Shown: one piece after another, positions 1-9,846 of the stretch
Layout of the letters: every line of letters starts with the position of its first letter
Numbering within the stretch: position 1 is the stretch's first letter
From: an uncultured Alphaproteobacteria bacterium
Lineage (GTDB): Bacteria > Pseudomonadota > Alphaproteobacteria > ATCC43930 > CGMCC-115725
Direction of reading: 5' to 3'
Length of the DNA: 64,000 nucleotides
NCBI GenBank assembly: GCA_963773625.1
Contig: CAVZCJ010000005.1
Coordinates: 2,000-65,999 of the forward strand
Position numbers and translations under genes: made by a program
Notes under the pieces: generated by a model
The model's input: only the letters and a program-made list of their open reading frames with translations
What the model was told of the DNA's origin: nothing
Databases searched by the model: none

Positions 1-609
1 CGACTCCATGACATTGGCCTTGTCGACTTCGCACAGCCGCTTCTGCCGCTTCCTCGCCAGCTCGAACGCGGCGCGGCAAACGCGCTCGATCTCGGCCTCG
101 GTATAGACCTCGGTGTTGATGCCGCGGCGGGTGCCGTCGGGCAGCGTTTCGATGCCGCGCGGGTCGCCGAAATAGATGCCGCCCGTCAGCTCGCGCACGA
201 TCAACAGGTCGAGCCCGGCGACGAGCTCGCGCTTGAGGCTCGATGCGTCGGCCAAGGCCTCGAACACCTGCGCCGGGCGCAGATTGGCGAAGAGGTCCAT
301 CTCCTTGCGCAGGCGAAGAAGGCCGCGCTCGGGTTGCAGCTCGAACGGCAGCTTTTCCCATTTCGGGCCGCCGACCGAGCCGAACAGCACCGCGTCCGCG
401 GCCTGTGCCCGCGCCAGGGTCGCATCGGTCAGCGGCACCCCGTCGGCATCGTAGGCCGAGCCGCCGACCAGCCCCTCGCTGACCTCAAAGCTGGCGATGC
501 GGCGCTTGTCGAAAAACTCCATCACGCGCGTCACCTCGCGCATGATCTCGGGGCCGATGCCGTCTCCCGGCAGGACCAGGACTTTGCGGTTGGAATGGGT
601 TTGGGCCAT
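1..609 (-). CDS. leuB: 3-isopropylmalate dehydrogenase, N-terminal ~203 codons (gene runs off the left edge)
   Basis: Minus-strand translation from the ATG at 607-609 reads [23 protein letters not shown]... and continues open to base 1 (..ANVMES). This is the typical LeuB N-terminus. It is missing from the ORF track only because it has no stop in the window. Adjacent to leuD/leuC. Confidence 0.93.
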   Translation of the reverse strand, partial: MAQTHSNRKVLVLPGDGIGPEIMREVTRVMEFFDKRRIASFEVSEGLVGGSAYDADGVPLTDATLARAQAADAVLFGSVGGPKWEKLPFELQPERGLLRLRKEMDLFANLRPAQVFEALADASSLKRELVAGLDLLIVRELTGGIYFGDPRGIETLPDGTRRGINTEVYTEAEIERVCRAAFELARKRQKRLCEVDKANVMES

Positions 610-649
610 TTCTGACTGCTTTCGTAAAGGGGGCTGCAACCGCAGCTAG

Positions 650-761
650 CGTCCTTCGAGACGCGCCTACCGGCGCTCCTCAGGATGAGGCAAAACTATG
701 TGCGGCATCAAGAACGACCCTCATCCTGAGGTGCTTCGCGTCAGCGAAGCCTCGAAGGACG
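650..761. repeat. Palindromic intergenic element (REP/MITE-like), family A
   Basis: cgtccttcgag (650-660) and cctcaggatgagg (678-690) are mirrored by cctcatcctgagg (719-731) and ctcgaaggacg (751-761). Lies in the leuB-leuD spacer. The ORFs crossing it (698..889, 721..921) look non-coding. Confidence 0.6.
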
Positions 762-794
762 TACCGCCCCCGGTCCAAGACAAAATCGTAGGCG

Positions 795-1424
795 TCACGC
801 GCCTTTCTGGGTCAGGCCGATTTGCCAGGGGTGCTGAAGTTCGGCTTTGGTCTCGTAGCTGGCGATGTCCTTGTCCTTCGCCTCGGTGAGGCCGATATCG
901 TCGAGCCCGTTGAGCAGGCAATGCTTGCGGAATGCGTCCACCTCGAAATGCACCTTCTCGCCGTCGGGTCGGGATATGGTCTGGGTCTCAAGGTCGACCG
1001 TCATGACTGCGTTGGCGCCCTTCTTGGCATCCTCCATCAGCTCGTCGGCGACCTCTTTCGGCACCTTGATCGGCAGGATGCCGTTCTTGAAGCAGTTGTT
1101 ATAGAAAATGTCGGCGAAGCTTGGCGCGATGACGCAGCGGATGCCGTAATCCAGGAGCGCCCAGGGCGCGTGCTCGCGGCTCGAGCCGCAGCCGAAATTC
1201 TCGGCGCCGATTAGGATCTGCGCCTTGCGGTACGGGGCCTGGTTGAGCACGAAGTCCGGGTTCTCCGAGCCATCCGGCTTGAAGCGGATTTCCTGGAACA
1301 GCCACTGTGACAGTCCGGTACGCTTGATCGTCTTCAGATAGATCGCCGGGAAAATCTTGTCGGTGTCGAGATTGTGGATCGGCAGCGGCGCGGCGACCCC
1401 GGTCAGGGTGGTGAATTTGTCCAT
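795..1424 (-). CDS. leuD: 3-isopropylmalate dehydratase small subunit
   Basis: Internal ATG at 1424 of ORF 795..1634 gives [31 protein letters not shown]...[13 protein letters not shown], full-length LeuD. The upstream extension is Arg-rich junk. Confidence 0.96.
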   Translation of the reverse strand: MDKFTTLTGVAAPLPIHNLDTDKIFPAIYLKTIKRTGLSQWLFQEIRFKPDGSENPDFVLNQAPYRKAQILIGAENFGCGSSREHAPWALLDYGIRCVIAPSFADIFYNNCFKNGILPIKVPKEVADELMEDAKKGANAVMTVDLETQTISRPDGEKVHFEVDAFRKHCLLNGLDDIGLTEAKDKDIASYETKAELQHPWQIGLTQKGA

Positions 1425-1435
1425 CGGAATTCCTC

Positions 1436-2851
1436 TCAGCCCATCTGCCGCACGTCGGCGAGGTGGCCGGTGATCGCGGCGGCGGCGGCCATCGCCGGGC
1501 CCATCAGATGCGACTTGGCGTTCTTGCCCTGGCGGCCCTCGAAATTGCGGTTCGAGGTGGTGGCGACGCGCTCGCCGTTCATCGCCTTGTCGTCGTTCAT
1601 CGACATGCACATCGAGCAGCCGGCGTCGCGCCACTGGAACCCGGCTTCGACGAAGACGCGGTCGAGCCCTTCTTCCTCTGCCTGGTGCTTGACGTGGCCG
1701 GAGCCGGGGACGACCAGCGCGGTGACCCCGTCGGCGACCTTGCGGCCCTTGGCGATCGCGGCGGCGGCGCGCAAATCCTCGATGCGGCTATTGGTGCATG
1801 AGCCGATAAAGACGCGCTGCACCGGCACGTCGGTAAGCAGCGTATTTGGCTTCAGCTGCATGTATTGCAGCGCGCGCTCGACCGCCGCGCGCTTCAGCGG
1901 ATCGTCGATCTGCGCCGGGTCGGGCACGCGGCCGGTGACGGGCGCCGCTTGCTCGGGGTTGGTGCCCCAGGTGACATGCGGCGCAATGTCGGCGGCGGCG
2001 AGATGCGCTTCCTTGTCGTATTTCGAGCCGGGGTCGGAGGGCAGGGTGCGCCAATAGGCTTCCGCCTGCTCCCAGGCGGCGCCCTTGGGCGCGAAGGGCC
2101 GGCCTTTGACATAGGCGATGGTCTTCTCATCCGGCGCGACCAGCCCGGCGCGGGCGCCGGCCTCGATCGACATGTTGCACACGGTCATCCGTGCTTCCAT
2201 CGACATATCTCGAAAGGTGCTGCCCGCATATTCGAAGACATGACCGGTGCCGCCGGCGGTACCGATCTTGGCGATGATCGCGAGGATCACGTCCTTCGAG
2301 CTTACTCCGGCCCCGAGCGCGCCGTCGACCTCGATCAGCATGTTCTTGGCCGGCGCCTGGATCAGCGTCTGGGTGGCGAGCACATGCTCGACCTCCGAGG
2401 TGCCAATGCCGAAGGCGAGCGCGCCCATCGCGCCGTGCGTCGCGGTGTGGCTGTCGCCGCAGACGATGGTCATGCCCGGCTGCGAGAGGCCCTGCTCGGG
2501 TCCGATCACATGGACGATGCCCTGGTCGAGGCTGGTGATCGGGAAATACGGGACCCCAAATTCCTTGACGTTCTTCTCCAGCAACTCGACCTGAATCTTC
2601 GAATCCGGTTCGGTGATGCCCGCGACGCCGGCGCTGCGGTTGGTCGTCGGGATGTTGTGGTCAGCGACCGCCATGGTCTTGTCAGGGCGGCGCACCTTGC
2701 GGCCGGCGAGCTTCAGCCCCTCGAAGGCCTGCGGCGTCGTCACCTCGTGGATCAGGTGCAGGTCGATATAGATGAGGTACGTGCCCTCACCCTGTGGGGC
2801 GATCACATGGGCATCCCAGATCTTGTCGAACAGCGTTTTGGGTTGCGGCAT
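1436..2851 (-). CDS. leuC: 3-isopropylmalate dehydratase large subunit
   Basis: ATG at 2851 within ORF 1436..3115 gives [16 protein letters not shown]...[13 protein letters not shown]...[11 protein letters not shown]...CSMCMSMN, with aconitase-family Fe-S motifs. Ends 12 nt before leuD. Confidence 0.97.
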   Translation of the reverse strand: MPQPKTLFDKIWDAHVIAPQGEGTYLIYIDLHLIHEVTTPQAFEGLKLAGRKVRRPDKTMAVADHNIPTTNRSAGVAGITEPDSKIQVELLEKNVKEFGVPYFPITSLDQGIVHVIGPEQGLSQPGMTIVCGDSHTATHGAMGALAFGIGTSEVEHVLATQTLIQAPAKNMLIEVDGALGAGVSSKDVILAIIAKIGTAGGTGHVFEYAGSTFRDMSMEARMTVCNMSIEAGARAGLVAPDEKTIAYVKGRPFAPKGAAWEQAEAYWRTLPSDPGSKYDKEAHLAAADIAPHVTWGTNPEQAAPVTGRVPDPAQIDDPLKRAAVERALQYMQLKPNTLLTDVPVQRVFIGSCTNSRIEDLRAAAAIAKGRKVADGVTALVVPGSGHVKHQAEEEGLDRVFVEAGFQWRDAGCSMCMSMNDDKAMNGERVATTSNRNFEGRQGKNAKSHLMGPAMAAAAAITGHLADVRQMG

Positions 2852-2870
2852 CGGTACTACTCCCGGGAAA

Positions 2871-3281
2871 TCAGGACTTGGCGTCGGCGGCGGCCTCGGC
2901 GGCAGCCTCACGCTGCAGCTGGTCGCGCGAACGCTCGGCGATGCGCGCCGAGCGGCCGGTGCGGCCGCGCAGGTAGTAAAGCTTGGCGCGCCGAACGGCG
3001 CCGCGGCGCACCACCTCGATCGCGGTGATGCGCGGCGAATAAAGCGGGAAAATGCGCTCCACCCCCTCGCCGTAGGAAATCTTGCGCAAGGTGAAGTTCG
3101 AGTTGATCCCGGCATTCTTGCGCCCGATGCACACGCCCTCGAAGGCTTGGATGCGCTCGCGCTCGCCTTCGACGACCTTGACGCTGACGCGCACGGTGTC
3201 GCCGGGATCGAAGCGGGGGATGGGGCGGGCCTCGGCCAGCTTGGCCAGCTGCTCGGCTTCCAGGGTTTGCAACAGGTTCAT
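2871..3281 (-). CDS. rplS: 50S ribosomal protein L19
   Basis: ORF 2871..3281: [15 protein letters not shown]...[30 protein letters not shown], typical bL19. Conserved trmD-rplS order. Confidence 0.96.
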   Translation of the reverse strand: MNLLQTLEAEQLAKLAEARPIPRFDPGDTVRVSVKVVEGERERIQAFEGVCIGRKNAGINSNFTLRKISYGEGVERIFPLYSPRITAIEVVRRGAVRRAKLYYLRGRTGRSARIAERSRDQLQREAAAEAAADAKS

Positions 3282-4003
3282 CGTCTAACCTCCCCGCCGC
3301 TGCCGGTCGTCTCCGGCTCGGCGGCGCAATAGCGTTCCCACAAATCGGGGCGGCGCTGCTTGGTCAGCAGCTCCGCCTGGGCCCGGCGCCAGGCGCGGAC
3401 CCGCTGATGATCGCCCGACACCAGCGTATCGGGCACGGTGCGGCCTTCCCAAACTTGCGGCCGCGTGTAATGCGGGTATTCGAGCAGCCCCTCGGCGAAG
3501 CTTTCCTCGGCGAGAGCCTCGGCATCGCCGACCACGCCGGGCAGCAGTCTTACGCAGGCGTCGATCAGGGCGATCGCTGCCGGCTCGCCGCCCGAGAGCA
3601 CAAAATCGCCGAGGCTGATTTCGTCGACCTCGCGGGCGTCGAGCACGCGTTCGTCGACCCCTTCGAACCGGCTGCAAATCAGGCGCACGCCGGGCCCGGC
3701 GGCTAGCTCACGCACGCGCGCCTGGTCGAGCCGCTTGCCGCGCGGTGACAAATTGATCAGCGGTCCGACCCCGCCCGCACCGGCGATGGCGCGGTCGAGC
3801 ACGTCGGGCTTGAGCACCATGCCCGGCCCACCGCCAAACGGTGCGTCGTCGACCGAGCGATGCTTGCCGGTGGCGAAATCGCGGATATCGATGGCTTCGA
3901 GGTGCCACAAGCCCGTCCGCAACGCTTTTCCGGCCAGCGAATGCGCCAGAGGTCCCGGCAGCATCTCTGGGAAAATGGTGAGCACGGTCGCCTGCCAGGT
4001 CAT
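3278..4003 (-). CDS. trmD: tRNA (guanine37-N1)-methyltransferase
   Basis: C-terminal 241 codons of ORF 3278..4588 starting at ATG 4001-4003: [19 protein letters not shown]...[17 protein letters not shown]...[14 protein letters not shown], full-length TrmD. Confidence 0.93.
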   Translation of the reverse strand: MTWQATVLTIFPEMLPGPLAHSLAGKALRTGLWHLEAIDIRDFATGKHRSVDDAPFGGGPGMVLKPDVLDRAIAGAGGVGPLINLSPRGKRLDQARVRELAAGPGVRLICSRFEGVDERVLDAREVDEISLGDFVLSGGEPAAIALIDACVRLLPGVVGDAEALAEESFAEGLLEYPHYTRPQVWEGRTVPDTLVSGDHQRVRAWRRAQAELLTKQRRPDLWERYCAAEPETTGSGGEVRR

Positions 4004-4588
4004 GCCGGCTCCCGAATTCTGCTCGCGCTGCGGCGACGCGATGAGACCAGCGGGCGGGTCGAGAAAGACGCGGCGCGCGGCGATATCGACGACCGGCACT
4101 GCGGCGCGGGTGAATGGAACCAACACCGGCTGACCGGCGTCGCGCTCGATCTCCAGCACGTCGCCAGCGCCGAAATCGTGCACCGCGGTCACCGTGCCGA
4201 GCCGTGTCCCATCTTCCAAGAGCGCCGCAAGCCCCACGAGATCGGCATGGTAGAACTCGTCTTCATCCTCGATCGCAGGCAGGGCTGTGCGCGGCGCGTA
4301 GAGCCGCAAACCGCGCAGTGCCTCCGCGCGGTCGCGGTCGGCGATCCCGGAGAGCCTGGCGATGACCATGCCGTCGCCTTTAGCGGGGCCGATCACCTTC
4401 AGCGTAAAGTGCCGCGCCCCCGACTTATCTTCGAGCATGCCGTAGCCGGCAATCGCGGCCGGCTCGCTGGTGAAGCTCTTGATCCGCACGAGCCCGCGCA
4501 CCCCGTGTGGCGCCCCGACAACACCAAGGCACACGCGCGGCTCGGCGGATTTAACCGCCGCGAGCTTATCGTGAGCCTCGATCGTCAT
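4004..4588 (-). CDS. rimM: 16S rRNA processing protein RimM (no stop of its own as assembled; reads in frame into trmD)
   Basis: N-terminal 195 codons of ORF 3278..4588: ..[23 protein letters not shown]...[10 protein letters not shown]...[27 protein letters not shown]. This is the RimM fold signature; see findings for the missing stop. Confidence 0.88.
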
Positions 4589-4603
4589 CGTGTCTTCGGC
4601 CGA

Positions 4604-4966
4604 CTAAGCCGCCGAGCCCGCAGCTTCGCCGGCGGCCTCCGCGGCCGCGGCGGCGCGCTCTTGCGCCTTCTTCTTCGGCGCGGATTTCAGCGGCGTCTGA
4701 CGGATTTCCGGCTTGGCCATCAGCCCGGCATTGCCGAGAAAGCGAGCGACGCGCTCGGTCGGCAGCGCGCCGACGCCGAGCCAATGCTTCAGCCGCTCTT
4801 CCTTCAGGGTGACGCGGTCGGCGTGGTCGCGCCCCAGCATCGGATTGTAGGTCCCGACCTTCTCGATGAAGCGGCCGTCGCGCGGGCTGCGCCCGTCTGC
4901 GACGACGATGCTGTAGAACGGCCGCTTTTTCGCGCCACCGCGCGCCAGGCGGATCTTTAATGCCAT
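4604..4966 (-). CDS. rpsP: 30S ribosomal protein S16
   Basis: ORF 4604..4966: [42 protein letters not shown] with an Ala/Lys-rich alphaproteobacterial tail. Confidence 0.96.
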   Translation of the reverse strand: MALKIRLARGGAKKRPFYSIVVADGRSPRDGRFIEKVGTYNPMLGRDHADRVTLKEERLKHWLGVGALPTERVARFLGNAGLMAKPEIRQTPLKSAPKKKAQERAAAAAEAAGEAAGSAA

Positions 4967-5012
4967 AAAGGACCTCTCATTTCGTCTTAACCCCTCGCCG
5001 TAACGCGTTGAA

Positions 5013-6378
5013 CTATCGAAAACCGCCCGGCATCAGCGCCGACATGCCATGACGCATCATTCCCTTCTGCCCGAGCTTTTTCATGCGCTTCATCATTCCC
5101 GACATGTCCTGGTACTGCTTCATCAGCCGATTCACCTCGGGCACCGTCGTCCCTGAGCCCGTGGCGATGCGGCGCCGCCGCGAGCCGTTGAGCAGGTTCG
5201 GGTTCTTGCGCTCGGATTTGGTCATCGAGCCGATAATCGCCTCCTGGCGCTTGATGATGCTCTCGTCAATGTTCGCCGCGTCGATCTGGCGCTTGATCTT
5301 GCCGATCCCCGGCAGCATCCCCAGCATGCTCGACATCCCGCCCATCCGGCGCAGCTGGCGCAGCTGACCGGCGAGGTCGTCGAGGTCGAAATTGCCCTTT
5401 TCGAGCTTCTTGGCGAGCTTTTCGGCTTCGTCCTGGTCGGCTGTCTCGGCGGCCTTTTCGACCAGGCCGACAATATCGCCCATGCCGAGGATGCGGCCCG
5501 CGATCCGCTCGGGGTGGAACGGCTCCAGCGCGTCGATCTTCTCGCCGGTGCCCATGAACACGATGGGCTTACCGGTGATCGCGCGCATCGACAGCGCCGC
5601 GCCGCCGCGGGCGTCGCCGTCGACGCGGGTGAGCACGATGCCAGTGATGCCGGCGCGCTCGCCGAATTCCTTCGGCGACGTTGACCGCGTCCTGTCCGGT
5701 CATCGCGTCGGCAACGAGGATCGTCTGGTGCGGCAGCGCCGCCTCGCGCACCGCGGCGACTTCCAGCATCAGCTCCTCGTTGACGTGGAGCCGCCCCGCG
5801 GTGTCGAGCATGACGACGTCGTAGCCTTCGCGGCGCGCGGTATCCAGCGCGCGGCGAGTGATCGCCACCGGCCGCTCGCCGGGCACGATCGGCAGGGTTT
5901 CGACGCCGATCTGCTTGCCGAGCTGCGCCAATTGCTCCTGCGCCGCCGGCCGCTGCACGTCGAGCGAGGCCATCAGCACCTTCTTACGCTCGCGGGTCTT
6001 GAGCCTAAGCGCGATCTTGGCCGCGGTGGTTGTCTTGCCCGAGCCTTGCAACCCGACCAGCATGATGCCGACCGGGGCCGGCGCGTTGAGGTCGATCGTC
6101 TCGGCGCTGCCATCGCCCGCCAGAGTCTGGACCAAGTGGTCGTGGACGATCTTGACCACCATCTGGCCCGGCGTGACCGAGCGCACCACGTCCTGCCCGA
6201 CCGCCTTCTCGCGTACCGCGGCGATGAAGTCGCGTACCACCGGCAACGCGACATCGGCCTCCAGCAGCGCGACGCGGATTTCGCGCATCGCCGCCGCGAC
6301 GTCGTCTTCGCTGAGCGCGCCGCGCCGGCGCAGCCGGTCGAAGATGTCGCCCAGTCGAGTGGTGAGGGTGTCGAACAT
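5013..6378 (-). pseudogene. ffh: Signal recognition particle protein Ffh, one frame shift as assembled (probably an assembly indel)
   Basis: ORF 5569..6414 from ATG 6378 (MFDTLTTRLGDIF...GLQGSGKTTT...DTAGRL...DAMTGQDAVNVA) joins ORF 5013..5636 (..LTRVDGDARGGAALSM...M-domain). The break is at gaattCCttc, 5664-5673; removing one c restores ..NVAEEFGERAGITGIVLTR... Confidence 0.93.
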
Positions 6379-6581
6379 GCGGCTTCTGCTATTTCCTTCG
6401 CGCCTATGACGCAAAACGGGCCGGCGCGCGAAACTCGCGGGCCAGCCGCCTCCCGCCAGCGGGAGGGTTCCGACGGTTCTGTCGGAAGCGCGGCCGGACG
6501 CTAGTCTTCGGACCGGGCGCTGTCAATTGTAGGCGTCGCCAAGGTTCCATCGCCACAGCATATGTCGAATTTAAATACCCG

Positions 6582-6611
6582 TTTAAGGGGTCATATCATC
6601 CTGGTATAAAT
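6582..6611 (+). promoter_or_regulatory. Candidate sigma70-type promoter for the XRE regulator (TTTAAG-N17-TATAAA), implying a leaderless mRNA
   Basis: AT-rich island in GC-rich DNA. tataaat at 6605-6611 ends 6 nt before the ATG at 6618, with no Shine-Dalgarno between. tttaag at 6582-6587 sits 17 nt upstream. The inverted repeat TTAAAtacccgTTTAA (6571-6586) overlaps the -35. Confidence 0.35.
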
Positions 6612-6617
6612 CGCACC

Positions 6618-7433
6618 ATGATCGAGGCGCAAGCACTCGCGCGGCGGCGCGAACTGGGCGACTTCATCCGCGCGCAGCGCGAGCGGCTGGCGCCGGAGGC
6701 GGGGATGGTTGCGGTGCGGCGGCGGACACCCGGGCTGCGCCGCGAGGAGGTGGCGCAGCTGCCGGGGCTCAGCACCACCTGGTACACCTGGATCGAGCAG
6801 GGGCGCGATGTGTCGGTGTCGCCGCACGCCCTGGCGCGGCTTGCCCGCACACTGCGGCTCGACCGTGCCCAACGGACTTATTTGTTCGAGCTTGCCGGCA
6901 AGCGGGATCCCGATCCCGGCGGCAGCGACGACGACGCTCTGCCGGCGGCGGCGCTCGCTTGCGTCGCGTCAATCGCGACGCCTGCCTATATCCTCGACCG
7001 TCACTGGGAGGCGCGCGCCTGGAATGCGGCGGCGGAGCGGCTGTTCACCGGGTGGCTCGATCGGCCGGCAAAGGGTGATGGCGACCGAAACCTGCTACGC
7101 TTCATCTTCCTCGAGCCGGGCGCTCGCTCGCTGATCTGCGACTGGGAAAACCGCGCCCGCCGGGTCGTCGCCGAGTTCCGCGCCCATTGCGCCGCGCATC
7201 TCGACGACCGCGCCTTGCGCCGTCTGATCGACGAACTCGGCCGCGACAGCGCCGAATTCGCGCGGATGTGGGAACAGCATGGCGTGCTCGGCCGCGAGGG
7301 CGGCGAGCGCACATTCAACCACCCGAAGGACGGATTCCTGCGCTACGAGCAGGTGACCTTCGAGTTGGCCGGCCACCCAGACGTAAAGTTGACCGTTCTT
7401 GTCGATGCAAATGCGGGTGTCCGCTCTGCATGA
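6618..7433 (+). CDS. XRE-family HTH transcriptional regulator with MmyB-like ligand-binding domain
   Basis: ORF 6618..7433: N-terminal LGDFIRAQRERL..GLRREEVAQLPGLSTTWYTWIEQGR..VSPHALARLARTL (HTH_31 type), then PAYILDRHWEARAWNAAAERLF...FNHP..G.L.YEQVTFE, typical of MmyB-like regulators. Confidence 0.85.
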   Translation: MIEAQALARRRELGDFIRAQRERLAPEAGMVAVRRRTPGLRREEVAQLPGLSTTWYTWIEQGRDVSVSPHALARLARTLRLDRAQRTYLFELAGKRDPDPGGSDDDALPAAALACVASIATPAYILDRHWEARAWNAAAERLFTGWLDRPAKGDGDRNLLRFIFLEPGARSLICDWENRARRVVAEFRAHCAAHLDDRALRRLIDELGRDSAEFARMWEQHGVLGREGGERTFNHPKDGFLRYEQVTFELAGHPDVKLTVLVDANAGVRSA

Positions 7434-7543
7434 GGAAACCCTCGCCTCTCGCCGATCCTGCGTATACTGGCGCGGCGGGAGGAGGCGCGTGAGCTGGGCG
7501 CGGGCAATCTGACAGGCGGCGTCCCCCGATGAGGGGAGGCTTC

Positions 7544-9078
7544 ATGGAAAGCGCGAGCCGCGGCACGGCCAACCGCGGCGCGATCACCATTTCGATCATG
7601 CTCTCGGTGATCATGCGCGGGCTCGACAACACCATCGCCAACGTCGCGCTCGCGCATATCCAGGGCAGCCTCTCGGCGAGCCAGGAACAGGTCGCCTGGG
7701 TGCTGACCTCCTATATCGTCTCGACGGCGATCGCCATGCCGCTGACCGGCTGGCTCGCCGGCCGGTTCGGCATCAAGGAAATCTTCCTCGTCTCGGTGAT
7801 CATCTTCACCGTCGCCTCGGCGCTGTGCGGCGCCGCCACCAATCTCGGCGAGCTCGTGATCTTCCGCATCCTGCAGGGGTTCGGCAGCGCCGCGCTGGTG
7901 CCGCTGTCGCAGGCGACGTTGCTGCAGATCAACCCGCCCGAGCGCCACGGCTCGGCGATGGCTGTGTTCAGCATGGGGACGATCCTTGGCCCCATCGCGG
8001 GCCCGGCGCTGGGCGGATGGCTGACCGACAATTTCGGCTGGCGCTGGGTGTTCTACATCAACCTGCCGGTCGGGGTGCTCTCGGCGGTCGGCATCCTGAT
8101 CTTCATGCACGAGTCGCGGCCGGCCCATCGCGAGCGCTTCGATGCGTTCGGCTTCGTCACCCTCAGCGTCGCGATCGGCGCGCTGCAAATGTTGCTCGAC
8201 CGCGGCGGGGTCAAGGACTGGTTCAGTTCCACCGAGATATGGGTCGAGGCGACGATTGGGGCGCTTGCCCTGTACCTGCTCGTGGTCCACACCGCGACGA
8301 CGACCGTCCCGACATTCCTTAGCCGCGACCTCCTGAAGAATACGCCCGTTCGTCGCCGGCACGGTGCTGATCTTCCTGATCGGCATCACCATGAACGGCA
8401 CGCTCGCCCTGCTGCCGCTGATGATGCAGGACCTGATGAATTATCCGGTGCTGACGACGGGGCTGGCGATGGCCTCGCGCGGCATCGGCACGATGATCGG
8501 CATGATTCGTCGTCGCGCGCCTCATCAATCGCGTCGATGTGCGCATGATCCTCGCCGCCGGGATGGTGATGATCGCCGTCGTCGATGTGGCAGATGACCC
8601 GCGTTCTCGCTGTGGATGGACAGCGAAGGCATCGTCATTTCTGGGCTGATCCAGGGCTTCGGGTTTGGCTGCACGTCCGTCCCGCTCAACATCATCGCGC
8701 TCTCGAACCTGCCGCGCCACATCCTGACCCAGGGAACCGCGATCCGCGGGCTGATGCGCAACCTTGGCGGCAGCGTCGGCATTCCGATCCTGGTTGCCGA
8801 GCTGGTGCAGAACACCCAGACAGTGCATTCGCGGTTGGTCGAGTATTTGCGCCCCGACAACCCGCTTGCGCGCGCGCCGTTCCTCGATCCGCATTACAGC
8901 CTGACCACGCCAGCCGGGCATCGCCGCGCTCAACGCCGAGGTCACCCGCCAGGCGGCGATGGTCGCCTATATCGACGATTTCAAGCTGATGATGCTGATC
9001 TCGGTCGCCTCGCTCCCGCTGATCCTGCTGTTGCGGCCGCCGCGCCGCGCGGCGCCGCAGCCCGCCGCCGCCGATTGA
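7544..9078 (+). pseudogene. MFS transporter, DHA2 (EmrB/QacA) family, at least five +1 frame shifts as assembled
   Basis: Stitched from ORFs 7529..8548, 8364..8597, 8585..8989 and 8616..9122 plus two unlisted frame segments. MESASRG..ITISIMLSVIMRGLDNTIANVALAHIQGSL..WRWVFYINLPVG.. continues as ..FVAGTVLIFLIGITMNG.., ..VVARLINRVDVRMILAAGMV.., ..MWQMTR.., ..SLWMDSEGIVISGLIQGFGFG.., ..AGIAALNAEVTRQAAMVAYIDDFKLMMLI..*. Codon phase steps 2,0,1,2,0,1 near 8346, 8508, 8583, 8601 and 8917. Confidence 0.85.
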
Positions 9079-9140
9079 GCCGAAGCCAGCGCGCTTGGCA
9101 GTATGCGGCGCGACACAGTTGAACCCCGGAGACGCATTCC

Positions 9141-9789
9141 ATGCACTTCGATCTCGCCAAGATGCCGAAGCAGGACGGTTACAAGCTCCTCATCAGCACC
9201 GTCGTGCCGCGACCGATCGCCCTGGCGACCACGGTCGATGCCAAGGGCAATGTGAACGCCGCGCCGTTCAGCTTCTTCAACGCGATGAGCTCGCGACCCG
9301 CCGGTCGTCGTGCTCGGCATCAATGGCTCCGGCCCTGAGGGTAGCGGCTACAAGGACACCGAGCAGAACATCCGCGACACCGGCGAGTTTGTCGTCAACC
9401 TCGTCGACGAGGCGTTGGCCGAGCGAATGAACATCTGCGCGGTCGATTTCCCGACCGAGATCGGCGAGCTCGATGTCGCCAGGCTCAATGCCGTGCCGTC
9501 GGTCGGGGTCAAGCCGCCGCGCATCGCCGAGTCGCCGGTGAGCTTCGAATGCGAACGCATCACCGGGCTGTCGCTGGGCGGCAATTCGACGATGGAGGTC
9601 GGCCGGGTGATCCACATCCATATCCGCGACGACTTGATGGATATGGAAAAGCTCTACGTCAAAACTGACAAGATCGGGCTCATTGGCCGCATGCATGGCC
9701 GTGGCTGGTACGCGCGCACCACCGATTTGTTCCTGATGGACCGCATGACGTTCGCGGAGTGGCAGGCGCGTCGCCGCCAGATTGATTAG
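9141..9789 (+). pseudogene. Flavin reductase-like (FMN-binding split-barrel) protein, one frame shift as assembled
   Basis: ORF 9141..9338 (MHFDLAKMPKQDGYKLLISTVVPRPIALATTVDAKGNVNAAPFSFFNAMS) joins ORF 9310..9789 (..PVVVLGINGS...TEQNIRDTGEFVVNLV...PRIAESPVSFECE). Break near 9293. Confidence 0.85.
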
Positions 9790-9795
9790 GGCGGT

Positions 9796-9822
9796 AGCAA
9801 AACCGGTTTTGCTCCCCTTTTT
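9796..9822 (+). terminator. Possible intrinsic terminator after the flavin reductase gene
   Basis: Palindrome agcaaaacc/ggttttgct (9796-9813), then cccc and ttttt (9818-9822). The stem is A/T-rich and weak. Confidence 0.4.
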
Positions 9823-9846
9823 GCCGCTCTTGCGCTACAGAGCCTG

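Noticed and set aside
3860-4960. 366-aa plus-strand ORF over rimM/rpsP. Similar antisense ORFs occur over the pump (7343..8401), ftsY (12377..13315), GMC1 (32763..34091) and LLM (43612..44748).
   Set aside because: All lie opposite genes with unambiguous family signatures and have Arg/Gly/Ala/Pro-rich translations. They are high-GC shadow ORFs.
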